Virus record (IMG/VR): IMGVR_UViG_3300003860_000007
Span: 1-64,000 of that record
Length of the DNA stretch: 64,000 nt
Source: a virus
Direction: 5' to 3' (one strand)
Shown: positions 33,234 to 43,719 of the stretch, piece by piece
How the letters are laid out: each line of letters opens with the position of its first letter
Position numbering within the stretch: the stretch's first letter is position 1
Program-made: the position numbers and the translations under genes
The notes under the pieces: generated by a model
Told to the model about the DNA's origin: nothing
Database searches by the model: none
Seen by the model: only the letters and a program-made list of their open reading frames with translations

Positions 33234-33905
33234 TTATTTTTGTTTAAATGTTATTAATAATTCTTTGTTTTCTATTGAGAAATATGATAAAAGTTCTGTA
33301 TTTGTTAAATTAAATGTTTCTTGATACATTTTTATATAAGATTGTTGATCTATTGTTTCTATGATGAATCTTAATTGTTGTTCATAATATAATGAAGTTG
33401 CATATCTGTCTCCATATATATTTTCAAATCCATTATCTTGAATTAAATTATCAACATTTTTCTTTACTAAATATTCGGTTCTTAATAATTGCAAGTAAGG
33501 TTCTATAGATTCATTTACATCATTATATGTGCATCTAACTTCTCCATTATCAAATGTGCCAACATTAAAAATAGATTTAGTATATAACGCCTTGCCCTTT
33601 GTTCCTAAATGCGATTCTGCGATTCCTTGTGCTAATACTAATCTAATATCTACTTTATATTGTTCACATTTTCGAACTAAAAAATTTACATTAATTTTTG
33701 AATCGGGCGCTATATTATCAACCACTTTTTTAACTTCTGTAACTAAATGTTCATGTATCTGTTGTCTTACAAGTATAGGAAAAACCGTTTGATTTTTACT
33801 ATAATTTTCTTGTGTGGTCATCGGCGATGAAAAAGTTTTATAATTCGGATTACCAACATTTAAGAAAAAAAGTATTATAATTATTATTAAAGTTTTAAAA
33901 ATCAT
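33234..33905 (-). CDS. Peptidoglycan hydrolase, glucosaminidase (GH73/FlgJ-like) domain, N-terminal TM/signal
   Basis: AQGIAESHLGTKGKALYTKSIFNVGTF resembles the glucosaminidase motif AQAxxESGWG...NNxFG. Confidence 0.5.
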   Translation of the reverse strand: MIFKTLIIIIILFFLNVGNPNYKTFSSPMTTQENYSKNQTVFPILVRQQIHEHLVTEVKKVVDNIAPDSKINVNFLVRKCEQYKVDIRLVLAQGIAESHLGTKGKALYTKSIFNVGTFDNGEVRCTYNDVNESIEPYLQLLRTEYLVKKNVDNLIQDNGFENIYGDRYATSLYYEQQLRFIIETIDQQSYIKMYQETFNLTNTELLSYFSIENKELLITFKQK

Positions 33906-33927
33906 TCATTAAATTTATGTTTGTTTA

Positions 33928-34455
33928 TCACTCAGTAAAGAGTGATATACTTCCAACATGATGCTCAAAGTCATCATCTTGAGAAGGTTTAATCGGAGTA
34001 ATAACCATTACTTCCACATCATGTTCACCATATATTTCATTTATATATCTTTGTGACGTCGTTAATTTTCCATCTTCTTCAATATGTTTAAGTATCATAT
34101 AGGCTTTATCTTTAATATGGCCATCAATTAATTTAAGTGCATTGAAAGATAACTCTTCTTCCTCTTCAACTATTCTAGCTATGCAATTAAGTAATCTGCT
34201 TTTTATTAAAATATATTTTCCATAAGGAAGTCCCAAAGAATAATTAAGAACATCTTTTGAAAAAACGCCACCCTTGCCTCTTCCCCAAGCTTTAAAAAAT
34301 GTTCCAGTTACATGATCAGGAAGAACCACAGTATGATGGCCTTCAAATAAAGTAACAATATAATTATCTATAACATTTGGAGTAATTTGATCAATAGTAA
34401 CATCAGTAATTACATCACTTACTTCTTCTCCTGTTTGTATTTTATCTTTCATCAT
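33928..34455 (-). CDS. Hypothetical protein
   Basis: ORF track only. Confidence 0.3.
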   Translation of the reverse strand: MMKDKIQTGEEVSDVITDVTIDQITPNVIDNYIVTLFEGHHTVVLPDHVTGTFFKAWGRGKGGVFSKDVLNYSLGLPYGKYILIKSRLLNCIARIVEEEEELSFNALKLIDGHIKDKAYMILKHIEEDGKLTTSQRYINEIYGEHDVEVMVITPIKPSQDDDFEHHVGSISLFTE

Positions 34456-34658
34456 TTTATTTTTATTAGTTTATATGCCATTATTTCTATTAATTCTTTA
34501 GCGGTAATAAATTGTTTATCTTCTATTAATTTTTTTACAGTTCCAGACCAAGTACTTGGATCAACTATCATATCAGGTTCAGTAAGATATTCATATACCT
34601 TTACAAGATTGCCTTCTGTATATTTTTGTACAAGTATTTTTACTCTGGGCTCTTTCAT
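34452..34658 (-). CDS. Hypothetical small protein
   Basis: ORF track only. Confidence 0.3.
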   Translation of the reverse strand: MKEPRVKILVQKYTEGNLVKVYEYLTEPDMIVDPSTWSGTVKKLIEDKQFITAKELIEIMAYKLIKIK

Positions 34659-34879
34659 AAGTTTATTTCTTCTTGTGTTTCAATAACTATAAGCCAATCT
34701 ATTGTATTATTTCTTCCTGCTACTCTAGCTGGAGTTATGCTTATAACTTTTCCATTTTTACCCATTGAATTATTAATGTCCTCTAATTCCTTCATTGTTA
34801 AAGATTCATTTTGAGAGGTACATAAGTATACAATTTTTTGCATATTATTCTGATTTACAAAGTTTATAAGTTTCGTCAA
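34655..34879 (-). CDS. Hypothetical small protein
   Basis: ORF track only. Confidence 0.3.
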   Translation of the reverse strand: MTKLINFVNQNNMQKIVYLCTSQNESLTMKELEDINNSMGKNGKVISITPARVAGRNNTIDWLIVIETQEEINL

Positions 34880-35039
34880 AACACATTTGAAGAGCTAAAT
34901 TTACATTTTTTCTGGACATGTATCTATAAGTTTCTTCACAACTTCCTTCTACTTGAACATCAAAGTTTTCAAAGTTTTCTTTACAAAATACATTTACTTT
35001 TTCAACCACTTGTTTATATATTTCTTCTCTTTCCATCAC
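34845..35039 (-). CDS. Hypothetical small protein
   Basis: ORF track only. Confidence 0.25.
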   Translation of the reverse strand: MMEREEIYKQVVEKVNVFCKENFENFDVQVEGSCEETYRYMSRKNVNLALQMCFDETYKLCKSE

Positions 35040-35455
35040 TTTTGATTTATAACTTTTTCAAATTCTTTTAATTCTTTAATCATTTCATCTGGATAAAATG
35101 TAAGAGCATCTCTTACTGTTTTAGGATCTAATTCAAATGCTTTACAATATTCTTTTATTAAATCATTACTTATATTAAGCTTTTTTTCTTTAACTTCTGC
35201 TACTTTTTTAACGCCTTTAGTATATATCCATTTAGGAAGATATCCTTTATAAGTTTTTCTTAAATATAAATGCCAAAAATCAATAACTGCTTCTTGATTT
35301 ATTTTATTATGTTGTAAAGCATTTGCTTGAAGAGGATGTTGAATTGCAAATCTTCTATTACACATGAAAAAGTGTTTTCTTTTCTCACCAACAGAGAGGT
35401 TTAGATATTCACGAGGATTTGTGAAGATAATATCAATAAAAGGAAATAATTCCAT
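35036..35455 (-). CDS. Hypothetical protein
   Basis: ORF track only. Confidence 0.3.
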   Translation of the reverse strand: MELFPFIDIIFTNPREYLNLSVGEKRKHFFMCNRRFAIQHPLQANALQHNKINQEAVIDFWHLYLRKTYKGYLPKWIYTKGVKKVAEVKEKKLNISNDLIKEYCKAFELDPKTVRDALTFYPDEMIKELKEFEKVINQK

Positions 35456-35565
35456 AGTTTATTAAGTTTTTATTCTAGAGACAGGATTTCCTAGAGAGTT
35501 AAAGGTATTAATTATATGGTAGCTAAGAAAAAAGTTTTGCATTTTTTGTTAAAATTTTGTTAATG

Positions 35566-35946
35566 TTATTTCCAAGGTAAGTTTGTTACAGGGAATAACG
35601 TAGTGCCATTTTGAGGTGGTGGAGATTGATATTGTTCATTTTGTGTTATAGCTGGAGGTGGTTGAGAATTCTTAGTTTTATTATAAGGATTTTTTTCACC
35701 CACAGAATCATAATTATAAGTTCTTGTTAAATCTTCTTTAGTAATTATCATAGGTTTTACTTCTCTAACTATAAATAATGAGGGTTTATTTTGTATATAC
35801 TGAACAAACTGCCATTTTCCAGTTTTTTCAACAGTTTCAATAATAGAAGAAAGTAAAATTTTCATGTCTGAATAATTTTGTCCTTCAAGTTGAAGAGTTT
35901 CAGGAATTAATTTTTGTAATTCTGAAATTGTAACTACGTGTGTCAT
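35566..35946 (-). CDS. Hypothetical protein with Pro/Gln-rich C-terminus
   Basis: ORF track only. Confidence 0.3.
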   Translation of the reverse strand: MTHVVTISELQKLIPETLQLEGQNYSDMKILLSSIIETVEKTGKWQFVQYIQNKPSLFIVREVKPMIITKEDLTRTYNYDSVGEKNPYNKTKNSQPPPAITQNEQYQSPPPQNGTTLFPVTNLPWK

Positions 35947-35965
35947 TTGTTTATGATTTTAATTA

Positions 35966-37138
35966 TTAAAATAATGCTGTTCCAGATATTCTATCAATTT
36001 GTTTGAATATAGATGCTTCATTTTCATTTTTCTTTTCACTAATATATCTAGTTCCTTCAAGAAGATCTTTCATATTTAAGCTGCTATAATTAACTCGAGG
36101 TTTATCAAGTTCTTTTTGTTTAACTTCATTAAATTTATTAATGATTTCTTCTGGAAATACATCAGGACTTAACACAACAAGTTTAATTTGTCGTCTAAGT
36201 CTATCATCAATTTTGAAGGTGGGCTTAGTTTTAGATACAGCTTTTATTAATTTCATTACATCATTTCTTCTTTCCCATAAAGTATCATGATCCATAAGTT
36301 CATCTGATTCTATTTTGATGCCTTCATATATCTTTTCAAATTTAGAATTTGTTATTCTAACTTCAACATCTTTTTCATTTAACCAAGTATGTATTGCAGG
36401 AATATTATCTCCATCATCTCCACAGAAAATTTTACGAAGCATAATCATTCTTCCATTGACAACTTCCATCTTAGTTTTTTCTGCATTTATGATTTTTCTA
36501 AAATCTTCTTTATCTACATTTATAGTTCCTTTAAGATTCATGAAATCTACTGCATCTGCAGTGTTTATCCAATCTTCAAAATGTTGAGGAACATAGAGTT
36601 TACGAGAAGAATTTTTTCCTTGCATAAAAGGATTATATACAGTTGTATAAGCTATTTTTCCTGACTCATATGGCCAAAAACTTACTAACTGTCTCATATC
36701 TTCATCACCAGATACGATTATTGCATGTTGATGTTGTTTATGTTGTATTTCATCTGCCCAAAGAGTTAATAAATCGTCAGATTCGGCTGTAGAAATTCCA
36801 GAAACTGTTATTCCGTTATTTTCAGCTATTTTACAAAATTCTTCTAATGCTGAATAAATATTATTCCAGTTTATATTTGTAGATTTTATTCTCTGCGCTT
36901 TATAACCATCATTTTCTTCTATTTTTATTTCTTTTCTCCATGAACGATCATCTTTAGTAAAAATTACTCTAGAAGGGTTGATTAAACGAATTATAGAAGA
37001 TATATCTATTGATATTTTTCTAATAAGTTGATCTATTTCATTTTGAGAATCAAATGTCATTGTTTTAGATCCATACCCAGATATAATAAAAAGACTTCTA
37101 TATACTAAATTGTTTAAATCAAATAATAAGTTAATCAT
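35966..37138 (-). CDS. rnh: RNase H / 5'-3' flap exonuclease (T4 rnh-like, FEN family)
   Basis: Co-linear with T4 RNase H: VIFTKDDRSWRKE...GYKAQR, AESDDLLTLWADE, AIIVSGDEDMRQL. Confidence 0.75.
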   Translation of the reverse strand: MINLLFDLNNLVYRSLFIISGYGSKTMTFDSQNEIDQLIRKISIDISSIIRLINPSRVIFTKDDRSWRKEIKIEENDGYKAQRIKSTNINWNNIYSALEEFCKIAENNGITVSGISTAESDDLLTLWADEIQHKQHQHAIIVSGDEDMRQLVSFWPYESGKIAYTTVYNPFMQGKNSSRKLYVPQHFEDWINTADAVDFMNLKGTINVDKEDFRKIINAEKTKMEVVNGRMIMLRKIFCGDDGDNIPAIHTWLNEKDVEVRITNSKFEKIYEGIKIESDELMDHDTLWERRNDVMKLIKAVSKTKPTFKIDDRLRRQIKLVVLSPDVFPEEIINKFNEVKQKELDKPRVNYSSLNMKDLLEGTRYISEKKNENEASIFKQIDRISGTALF

Positions 37139-37142
37139 ATGT

Positions 37143-37844
37143 TTATTTTTTAAATTTACAATTGTTAAAATGATATCTTGTCATATTTGGACCCTTTCCA
37201 ATTAATCCACAATGCGGACATATTTTTTTAATATGTTCATGGTGTTTTCCTATTTGTGCTGCACTCATTTTTTGTTTTGATTTTTCTGTATGTTTTAATC
37301 CTATACGCGAATTAGACATATTATCCTTTATTTGTTTTGATTTTTTTATTCCATAAAATTCTTCATACGTTTTTCCTTTGCGTTTTTTATTATATTTTTT
37401 TAACCCCCAAGTATGATAATTTTTACCAAATGCTCCATTGTTAGATCCCTGTAGTTTTTTTCCATTTTTAAACATTCCGTTATGTTTACCAGAACTTTTA
37501 ATACTTAATTTTTCTTTAGTTTCATAAGACAATGATTTATTTGATCTTAATGATCTTGCTAATTCATAATCTCTAGCAGAAATATATTTTTTATTTTTAT
37601 TTACACAAGTCATCATATGAAATGCATATATAATTTTGGTATTTTCGGAATGAATATAACACAATAATTTATGACATACATAATGTTCTCTTGCTGTTAA
37701 TAAAATTTTATTTTCTTTATCATCAGTGCCTCCTATACATTTAGGAATTATATGATGATTTTCATAATATTTTCCATTTTCTTTTAATCTATTTTCTAAT
37801 TTTGCTTTGTTAATTATAGACTCATAAATTTTTTGATAATTCAT
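37143..37844 (-). CDS. HNH homing endonuclease (paralog of 29692..30396)
   Basis: MNYQKIYESIINKAK...YENHHIIPKCIGGTDDKENKILLTAREHYVCH; C-terminal C-x2-C. Confidence 0.85.
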   Translation of the reverse strand: MNYQKIYESIINKAKLENRLKENGKYYENHHIIPKCIGGTDDKENKILLTAREHYVCHKLLCYIHSENTKIIYAFHMMTCVNKNKKYISARDYELARSLRSNKSLSYETKEKLSIKSSGKHNGMFKNGKKLQGSNNGAFGKNYHTWGLKKYNKKRKGKTYEEFYGIKKSKQIKDNMSNSRIGLKHTEKSKQKMSAAQIGKHHEHIKKICPHCGLIGKGPNMTRYHFNNCKFKK

Positions 37845-38037
37845 TTTCCTGGATAAATTTAGTTTCAGGAAGAATATATAAAAATTTTCTTTTATTCATT
37901 TTTTTATATTTAATAATTCCGCCGCGTCTCCAATTGTTTAATGTTTGGCGATGAATCTTAAATATATTTAAAATTTCCCTTTGCGAATATAATTTTTGTT
38001 CTTCCATATATTTTATATATTCATGAAATTTATACAA
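37822..38037 (-). CDS. Small helix-turn-helix DNA-binding protein (excisionase/AlpA-like)
   Basis: SQREILNIFKIHRQTLNNWRRGGII. Confidence 0.4.
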   Translation of the reverse strand: MYKFHEYIKYMEEQKLYSQREILNIFKIHRQTLNNWRRGGIIKYKKMNKRKFLYILPETKFIQENELSKNL

Positions 38038-38182
38038 GTTTTTACATCTATGTTAAATTTATGTTAATTTTTTATATTACCAGTTTTCCAAAAATATTTT
38101 ATATTTTGTCTTTGTTCTATTGTAAGTGTTTTACCCTTCATAAATTTTATAGAATGTTCAATATCATCTTTAGTTATTTTTG

Positions 38183-38653
38183 TCATGTATTGAGTTTTTT
38201 AATTATTTCTTCACGTTTTCCTGTTTGTTTTATTCCTTCATAAAATCTTGTGCATATTACAAATCTTTTTTCTGGAAGCCAAAGAGATAAATCTAAATCA
38301 TCTACTGCAGTCCAATGAAGAGGTTTTATTCTATTCACATGCTCAAGTATTTCTTCTGATCTATATTTTTCCAGTAATTGCATTGTTCTTCCTTTAAGAG
38401 ATACTGTAACATCTATGGGAGCTTTTTTAACTCCCATCATTTCGACAAATATTTCTTGTAAAGAAGTCAACGAATAATGATCTTTCCAATCACTTGATAG
38501 TATAATATCTGTATCAGTCTCATCTATTATTTCATTCAATACTCTTACTGCTTTTTTATTTACTCTATGAACATATCCCCACTTTGTAAGTTTTGGATGT
38601 ATTTCACTTCCCAATGACAATACACCATCAATATCTAAGTATAGAAATTTCAT
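38183..38653 (-). CDS. HAD-superfamily phosphatase-like protein
   Basis: N-terminal LYLDIDGVL is the DxDGV/T motif I. Confidence 0.5.
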   Translation of the reverse strand: MKFLYLDIDGVLSLGSEIHPKLTKWGYVHRVNKKAVRVLNEIIDETDTDIILSSDWKDHYSLTSLQEIFVEMMGVKKAPIDVTVSLKGRTMQLLEKYRSEEILEHVNRIKPLHWTAVDDLDLSLWLPEKRFVICTRFYEGIKQTGKREEIIKKLNT

Positions 38654-38690
38654 AATGTAAATATAATAAAAAATTATGATATTAGAATAT
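38654..38690 (-). promoter_or_regulatory. Copy of conserved promoter-like motif; abuts the ATG of 38183..38653
   Basis: atgtaaatataataaaaaattatgatattagaatat. Confidence 0.4.
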
Positions 38691-38709
38691 AATAGGAGTT
38701 AATATTTTG

Positions 38710-38895
38710 TTAAATTGTAAGATCAATTACTTCTATGTATTCTATTAAAACGCCATGACGACTAGTGCCAGAACCAGAACAACTCATAGCATAGTGTACA
38801 CTTGTTATATTAACTTTAGGATTTTCTTCGATCCATTCATTTATCTCGTTTTCCAACCCATCTGATTCGTAATGTTCAAATACTTTTACTTTCAT
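38710..38895 (-). CDS. Hypothetical small protein
   Basis: ORF track only. Confidence 0.25.
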   Translation of the reverse strand: MKVKVFEHYESDGLENEINEWIEENPKVNITSVHYAMSCSGSGTSRHGVLIEYIEVIDLTI

Positions 38896-39100
38896 CGTTT
38901 TTATGTTTAGTTAATAAATAATCAGAAGTTGAATACATTAAAATCATTGCTCCAACTGCTAATGTAATTATAGGAACAAAGATTAAATTATGAGGAAATT
39001 TATTGTTTCCTATGAAGTATGAAAGTGTTAAAAATAAAAATATTTTTAATTCGCACATCCAAAAGTATCTCCAATTAATCTTTTGTAAAAACTTTTTCAT
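38876..39100 (-). CDS. Small membrane protein
   Basis: Two hydrophobic helices. Confidence 0.3.
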   Translation of the reverse strand: MKKFLQKINWRYFWMCELKIFLFLTLSYFIGNNKFPHNLIFVPIITLAVGAMILMYSTSDYLLTKHKNDESKSI

Positions 39101-39101
39101 C

Positions 39102-40058
39102 TTAATAATTTATTATAATTTGTATCTTCATTACACATGCTAATAAAGTAATAAGAGGATCTATAACCATATTTCGTTGAGCTTGAAATTCTGCTACTGC
39201 AATTATGATCATAGGAATTTTATCTATTTTTGAAGAATGTGTTTTTCTTAAATACTCAATAAAATCTAAACCTAAAGCTGATAATGCTTCATCTATTTTA
39301 GAAGCATAATTCTCAACTATAAATTTATAATTATCTGCTGGTTTATCTGCTTTTCCTAAACATATCTTATATAAATCTTCAAAACTAAAATCAATGTTAA
39401 AATTCTTTTCATTAAGTTCTGTAATCTGTTGAAGATGAAAACTTTGAAGTTTATTCATAAGTCTTCTCATATCTGGAAAATCATTACGAACAAATTTATC
39501 AAGAATTTGATCTGTATATGTTATTTTTGCTGCATTCAAAATCAATGTTACTCGTTTCTTATATTCTTCTATAAGAAATTCTTCTTCCTTATTATCTATT
39601 GCATCATAAGAAATACAATTAAAACGGGATTTTATAGGATCTGGAACCTTTGTAAGATTATTACAAGATGCAATAAATCTTGCAATACTTGCATATTTTT
39701 CCATTGAAGCTTTGAATGCTCCAAAAAATTCTGGCGTTGCTCCATCAATCTCATCAAGAATTACACATTTAAGTTTTTCCTTTCCTCCTTCAAGAGATAT
39801 AGTTGAACAAAAATTTGGAATTTTTTCTCTTAACACTTCGATACCTCTTTCAGAAGATGCATTTATATACAAAGTTGTATATGGTTGAGCTAAGATAAAT
39901 AATGTGCTTGTTTTTCCAGTTCCTGCACTTCCATAAAGTAAAAGATTTTGAACAAGCCCCTGAGATAATTCTGCTTTTATTCTTTTTGGTGCTATTAAAG
40001 TTGCTAATTCTTTTGGACGAAATTTTTCTGTGAACAATTCTTTAGCGGTATTACTCAT
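39102..40058 (-). CDS. Clamp-loader ATPase subunit (T4 gp44 / RFC-like AAA+)
   Basis: KFRPKEL...LLLYGSAGTGKTS Walker A, DEIDG Walker B and an SRF/C-like motif (SRFNCISY), co-linear with gp44. Confidence 0.75.
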   Translation of the reverse strand: MSNTAKELFTEKFRPKELATLIAPKRIKAELSQGLVQNLLLYGSAGTGKTSTLFILAQPYTTLYINASSERGIEVLREKIPNFCSTISLEGGKEKLKCVILDEIDGATPEFFGAFKASMEKYASIARFIASCNNLTKVPDPIKSRFNCISYDAIDNKEEEFLIEEYKKRVTLILNAAKITYTDQILDKFVRNDFPDMRRLMNKLQSFHLQQITELNEKNFNIDFSFEDLYKICLGKADKPADNYKFIVENYASKIDEALSALGLDFIEYLRKTHSSKIDKIPMIIIAVAEFQAQRNMVIDPLITLLACVMKIQIIINY

Positions 40059-40296
40059 ATATCGTTTTTGTTTTGTATGTATAAAATAGAACGCAGTTTT
40101 TTAAAAATGTGTTAATTAACACTGAACATTAATTTCTGTTCCATCATCTAATCTTATAGTAGCGAGACAATTTTCATCCATAAATATAAGTGTTCCTTCA
40201 AGAACTTCTTGTTTAATGTTTAACCATTGAACTCTTTCGCCCACATTTGATAAATAATCAAGAAAGGGAATTCTTTTTTGTGTCTTTGTCATGATG

Positions 40297-40893
40297 TTAC
40301 TGTTTTTTATATAAAATATTAAATTTTTCTAATGCCATTTTAATTCTCTTATCATGTTCAAACGCCCATTCATATTTATCAATATCTTCAACCGGAATCC
40401 AATGCACCATATCTACTTCTTCACTGATAAATTGTTCAATATCTCTTGGAAGTAATTTTTGTGCAAGCGTAAAATCAAAAGCTAAACAATAATTTAATGC
40501 TATATTTTGACGGCATTCTTTAGATTCTGTTTCAACATAAAAAGGTTCTTTATTATTTGTAAATGCAAGATATTTTGAATAATCTTCAATAAGAAATGAG
40601 GTTTCTTCATATAGCTCTCTTCGTACTGCATCCCAGCCATTTTCATTCCAGTCTATGTATCCTCCTGGAGCTACCCATTTTCCAGGTTCGTCTCTTATTA
40701 TTTCAGATCTTTTTTCTCCAAGAACATGCACGCCATCACTAAATTCACCAAATACTATCGCTACTACTGCAACTGAACGAGATTCCCAAACTTCTCTTTT
40801 CTTAAAGAATTTTGAAAGTATCCAATAAATCCATTTTGGAAAAATAAAAACAAAATGGCAAGAGTTTAATTTATTAGTAAATATCGGTATCAT
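40297..40893 (-). CDS. Nudix hydrolase
   Basis: Nudix box GGYIDWNENGWDAVRRELYEETS (Gx5Ex7REUxEExGU). Confidence 0.7.
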   Translation of the reverse strand: MIPIFTNKLNSCHFVFIFPKWIYWILSKFFKKREVWESRSVAVVAIVFGEFSDGVHVLGEKRSEIIRDEPGKWVAPGGYIDWNENGWDAVRRELYEETSFLIEDYSKYLAFTNNKEPFYVETESKECRQNIALNYCLAFDFTLAQKLLPRDIEQFISEEVDMVHWIPVEDIDKYEWAFEHDKRIKMALEKFNILYKKQ

Positions 40894-41186
40894 TTTTTAT
40901 TTTTTATATTTTTTATCATTTCTATAAGATTTTCAGCCATGCCTGTTGATTTATCTTTACACCCTAATAAATCTTCATACATTCCTAAAAAATCTTCTTC
41001 AGATACAGAATTAACTATTACACATTGATATTCTATTCCATATTTTTTTCTACAGTAAGTATCGAGTTTTGCTTTGGCATGCATTTTAGACATACAATTT
41101 TTTATTACCATTTCTTTACCGAAAAAATTTTGAAGTTTGCAATGAACTTCATACTTAAGTCGATAGGATTTACTATATTCAGCCAT
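40890..41186 (-). CDS. Hypothetical protein
   Basis: ORF track only. Confidence 0.3.
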   Translation of the reverse strand: MAEYSKSYRLKYEVHCKLQNFFGKEMVIKNCMSKMHAKAKLDTYCRKKYGIEYQCVIVNSVSEEDFLGMYEDLLGCKDKSTGMAENLIEMIKNIKNKK

Positions 41187-41188
41187 GA

Positions 41189-41509
41189 CTAAAGTTTATT
41201 AATGATATCTAATATGTCATTATATGCTGTAATTTTTCCACGAATAAAATTACGTAAAAGCTTGTAATCAGGATCAAGTTCTTCATATTCTTTTTCCATT
41301 TCATTTTCACGTGTTACTATTTCTTCAACTAGCTTTCCTACAACTTTATCATTTTTAATATCTGAATAAGATTTATCAAATACTATTTTATCTGCAATTG
41401 CATCTGCAACAAATTGAGGATTAAAATGACTTGATGCATCAAGTTGTCCTGCCAATGAATTTTGAAGAAGAGTTACAATAATTTCTTTTGCCCTTGCGTT
41501 ATTTTCCAT
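41189..41509 (-). CDS. Hypothetical protein
   Basis: ORF track only. Confidence 0.3.
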   Translation of the reverse strand: MENNARAKEIIVTLLQNSLAGQLDASSHFNPQFVADAIADKIVFDKSYSDIKNDKVVGKLVEEIVTRENEMEKEYEELDPDYKLLRNFIRGKITAYNDILDIINKL

Positions 41510-41521
41510 GATTTTTTATTT

Positions 41522-41563
41522 ATGTAAATATAATCAAAATACTTGATATAAAAAAATATATTA
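41522..41563 (-). promoter_or_regulatory. Copy of conserved promoter-like motif
   Basis: atgtaaatataatcaaaatacttgatataaaaaaatatatt. Confidence 0.4.
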
Positions 41564-41791
41564 CCAAGATATTGTTGTTTCCACTGAATTTCCTTTTGAC
41601 CATACTTCAATATTAAAACCATCTTTTACAAGCCAATCTTTTGTAATCTTAAAAAGATGTTCATTTATTTCTAATTCAAATTGGCCTTCTCTTACTTTTC
41701 TTTCAATATAAGATTTAATACGAGTGTATTGTTCTTGGCCCAATTCTGTACCCCATCCTTCTGCTTTTTCTCTTGCTTCTTGTGCGTTCAT
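41561..41791 (-). CDS. Hypothetical protein
   Basis: ORF track only. Confidence 0.3.
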   Translation of the reverse strand: MNAQEAREKAEGWGTELGQEQYTRIKSYIERKVREGQFELEINEHLFKITKDWLVKDGFNIEVWSKGNSVETTISW

Positions 41792-41792
41792 A

Positions 41793-42059
41793 TTATTTAC
41801 ATTTTTTAATTGTATCGCCTACATTAAATGTTTGACTTATAGCATTTGCAAATGCTGAAGTGCATACAAAAGATTTAAATGTTCCATCGGCATCTTTTAA
41901 AACAAAAGAACCCCATTTTCCCGTTGAATCTTTTGTAGATTCAGCAAACATAATAACAGGGCATTTCATTCTAGCAAGTACTTGTTCTGGAAAATCTTGT
42001 CCACATGAATTTAACATAAATGTTAATAACACTATTAAAATAAAACCTTTAATTTTCAT
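41793..42059 (-). CDS. Small secreted protein
   Basis: Signal-peptide-like N-terminus with a Cys. Confidence 0.3.
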   Translation of the reverse strand: MKIKGFILIVLLTFMLNSCGQDFPEQVLARMKCPVIMFAESTKDSTGKWGSFVLKDADGTFKSFVCTSAFANAISQTFNVGDTIKKCK

Positions 42060-42313
42060 ATTGATTTATTATTTAATTTATCTTCTTTAATCGTAGTTTT
42101 TGCAGAATTAACTAGTAGCCATAAACCATCTATAGCCATAGCTAAAGAACATCCTGTACAAAATAATGCTACTATCCATACCATCCACCCCGGAGTATTT
42201 ACATCTATTAAACTTCTTACTACTATGCCCCCAATAACTCCCATTGAAATTGCACCTAAAATAAGAAACCACCAATAAAATTTAATTCGTTTTCCTGTTA
42301 TTTCTGTTCTCAT
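42056..42313 (-). CDS. Small membrane protein
   Basis: Two TM helices. Confidence 0.3.
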   Translation of the reverse strand: MRTEITGKRIKFYWWFLILGAISMGVIGGIVVRSLIDVNTPGWMVWIVALFCTGCSLAMAIDGLWLLVNSAKTTIKEDKLNNKSI

Positions 42314-42606
42314 TATTTAAGTATTTTAATTTGTTTTGCTAAAAACCATTTTCCACCTTGACTTGCGGGTCTATTAAATTCTGTGTAATCTTTCATTTCA
42401 ACTTGTAACCAGACTCTACCTTTATTGCTTAAATGTGGTGCATCTGGATGCTCTGTACAATGCCAAAAAGGACGTACCTTATATCCCTTTGTTGGATAAG
42501 ATTTTGCATCTAACCATACATTTGCTTGTAATTTTTCACTTTTATTTATGAAAAGAGATGTAATTTCTCCTGATTTAAGTTGTCTAAATAACTTATATAC
42601 TATCAT
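42313..42606 (-). CDS. Hypothetical protein
   Basis: ORF track only. Confidence 0.3.
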   Translation of the reverse strand: MIVYKLFRQLKSGEITSLFINKSEKLQANVWLDAKSYPTKGYKVRPFWHCTEHPDAPHLSNKGRVWLQVEMKDYTEFNRPASQGGKWFLAKQIKILK

Positions 42607-42804
42607 TTCTTTAAATCGTTATCAAGTTTATTTAATATTTCCACTCTTGCATTTTCTATTTTATACATAATTAAAGCACCAATAGATCCCATAAAAAAGG
42701 AATCAGTTGGATGAATAATAGTAAATATCATTAAAATAATTACTAAAGATAAGTAAAATAAACTGTAGTCTTTTGTTTTCATGTTATGTATTTTTATTTT
42801 GAAA

Positions 42805-42843
42805 GTTAAATATAATATAAATTCTTGATAAATAAAAATATTT
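42805..42843 (-). promoter_or_regulatory. Copy of conserved promoter-like motif
   Basis: gttaaatataatataaattcttgataaataaaaatattt. Confidence 0.4.
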
Positions 42844-42915
42844 AATGAATATTTTTTTCAAAAAATTAAAACAACTTATATTATTTTTTATATAAAATTT
42901 ATATAATGATTAATC

Positions 42916-43719
42916 ATGAAAGATTTTAGAAAAACAGAAAATGGATTTTTTATTTGTGAAGAATGTGGGATAATAACTAAAAGAAAATCTGGGTTAAGTA
43001 AACATATTAATATTCATCATATTAATGTAAAAACATATTTTGATAAATGGATAAAAGATATCGATGATGATAAATGTAAAATATGTAAAAAAGAAACTAA
43101 ATATCTTAACATAAAAACTGGATATAAAAATACTTGTTGTAAAAAATGCGAAAATTTATATAAACATAATAGAACAAAAGAAGAGTGTATTAAAAAATAT
43201 GGAGTAGAACACCCTTTGCAAGATATATCTATAAATGAAAAACAAAAACAATCAATGATAAATGTTTGGGGTGTAAGTAATCCTGGCCAATCAAATGAAT
43301 TAAAATTAAAAAAGAAAAAAACTTTTGTATTAAGATATAAGTGTGAAAATCCTTTACAAATTAAAACAATATTTTATAAAACTCAAATATCTGGATATAA
43401 TTGTAAATTATTCAAAAATACTACTATTTATTATAGAGGCTCATATGAATTAGATTTTTTAGAAAAATATTATGACATATACCCCGATATTGAAAACGGT
43501 CCATCTATTAAATATAAAATCGGTGTAAAAAATAAAATATATTATCCGGACTTTTTTATTCCGTCATTAAATCTTATAATTGAATGTAAAAATTCGTATT
43601 TAGCTAAAAAAGATAAAAAACTTATAAAGATTAAAGAAAATGCATGTATTGAAAACGGTTTTAATTATTGTATTATAATAAATAAACAATATGAAAATTT
43701 AAGATGGCTCAAGAATTAA
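42916..43719 (+). CDS. Zinc-finger protein with C-terminal PD-(D/E)xK-like motif; putative homing endonuclease-like
   Basis: CEECGIITKRKSGLSKHINIHH is C2H2-like, plus further Cys pairs. C-terminal YYPDFFIPSLNLIIECKNSY. Confidence 0.4.
   Translation: MKDFRKTENGFFICEECGIITKRKSGLSKHINIHHINVKTYFDKWIKDIDDDKCKICKKETKYLNIKTGYKNTCCKKCENLYKHNRTKEECIKKYGVEHPLQDISINEKQKQSMINVWGVSNPGQSNELKLKKKKTFVLRYKCENPLQIKTIFYKTQISGYNCKLFKNTTIYYRGSYELDFLEKYYDIYPDIENGPSIKYKIGVKNKIYYPDFFIPSLNLIIECKNSYLAKKDKKLIKIKENACIENGFNYCIIINKQYENLRWLKN

Noticed and set aside
40090-40293. Small unlisted minus-strand ORF (about 58 aa, MTKTQKRIPFLDYLSNVGERVQWLNIK...) between the clamp loader and Nudix genes as an IF1/S1-like OB protein
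   Set aside because: The similarity to IF1 is too weak to support by eye and the ORF is below the ORF-track cutoff. It is not reported as a feature.
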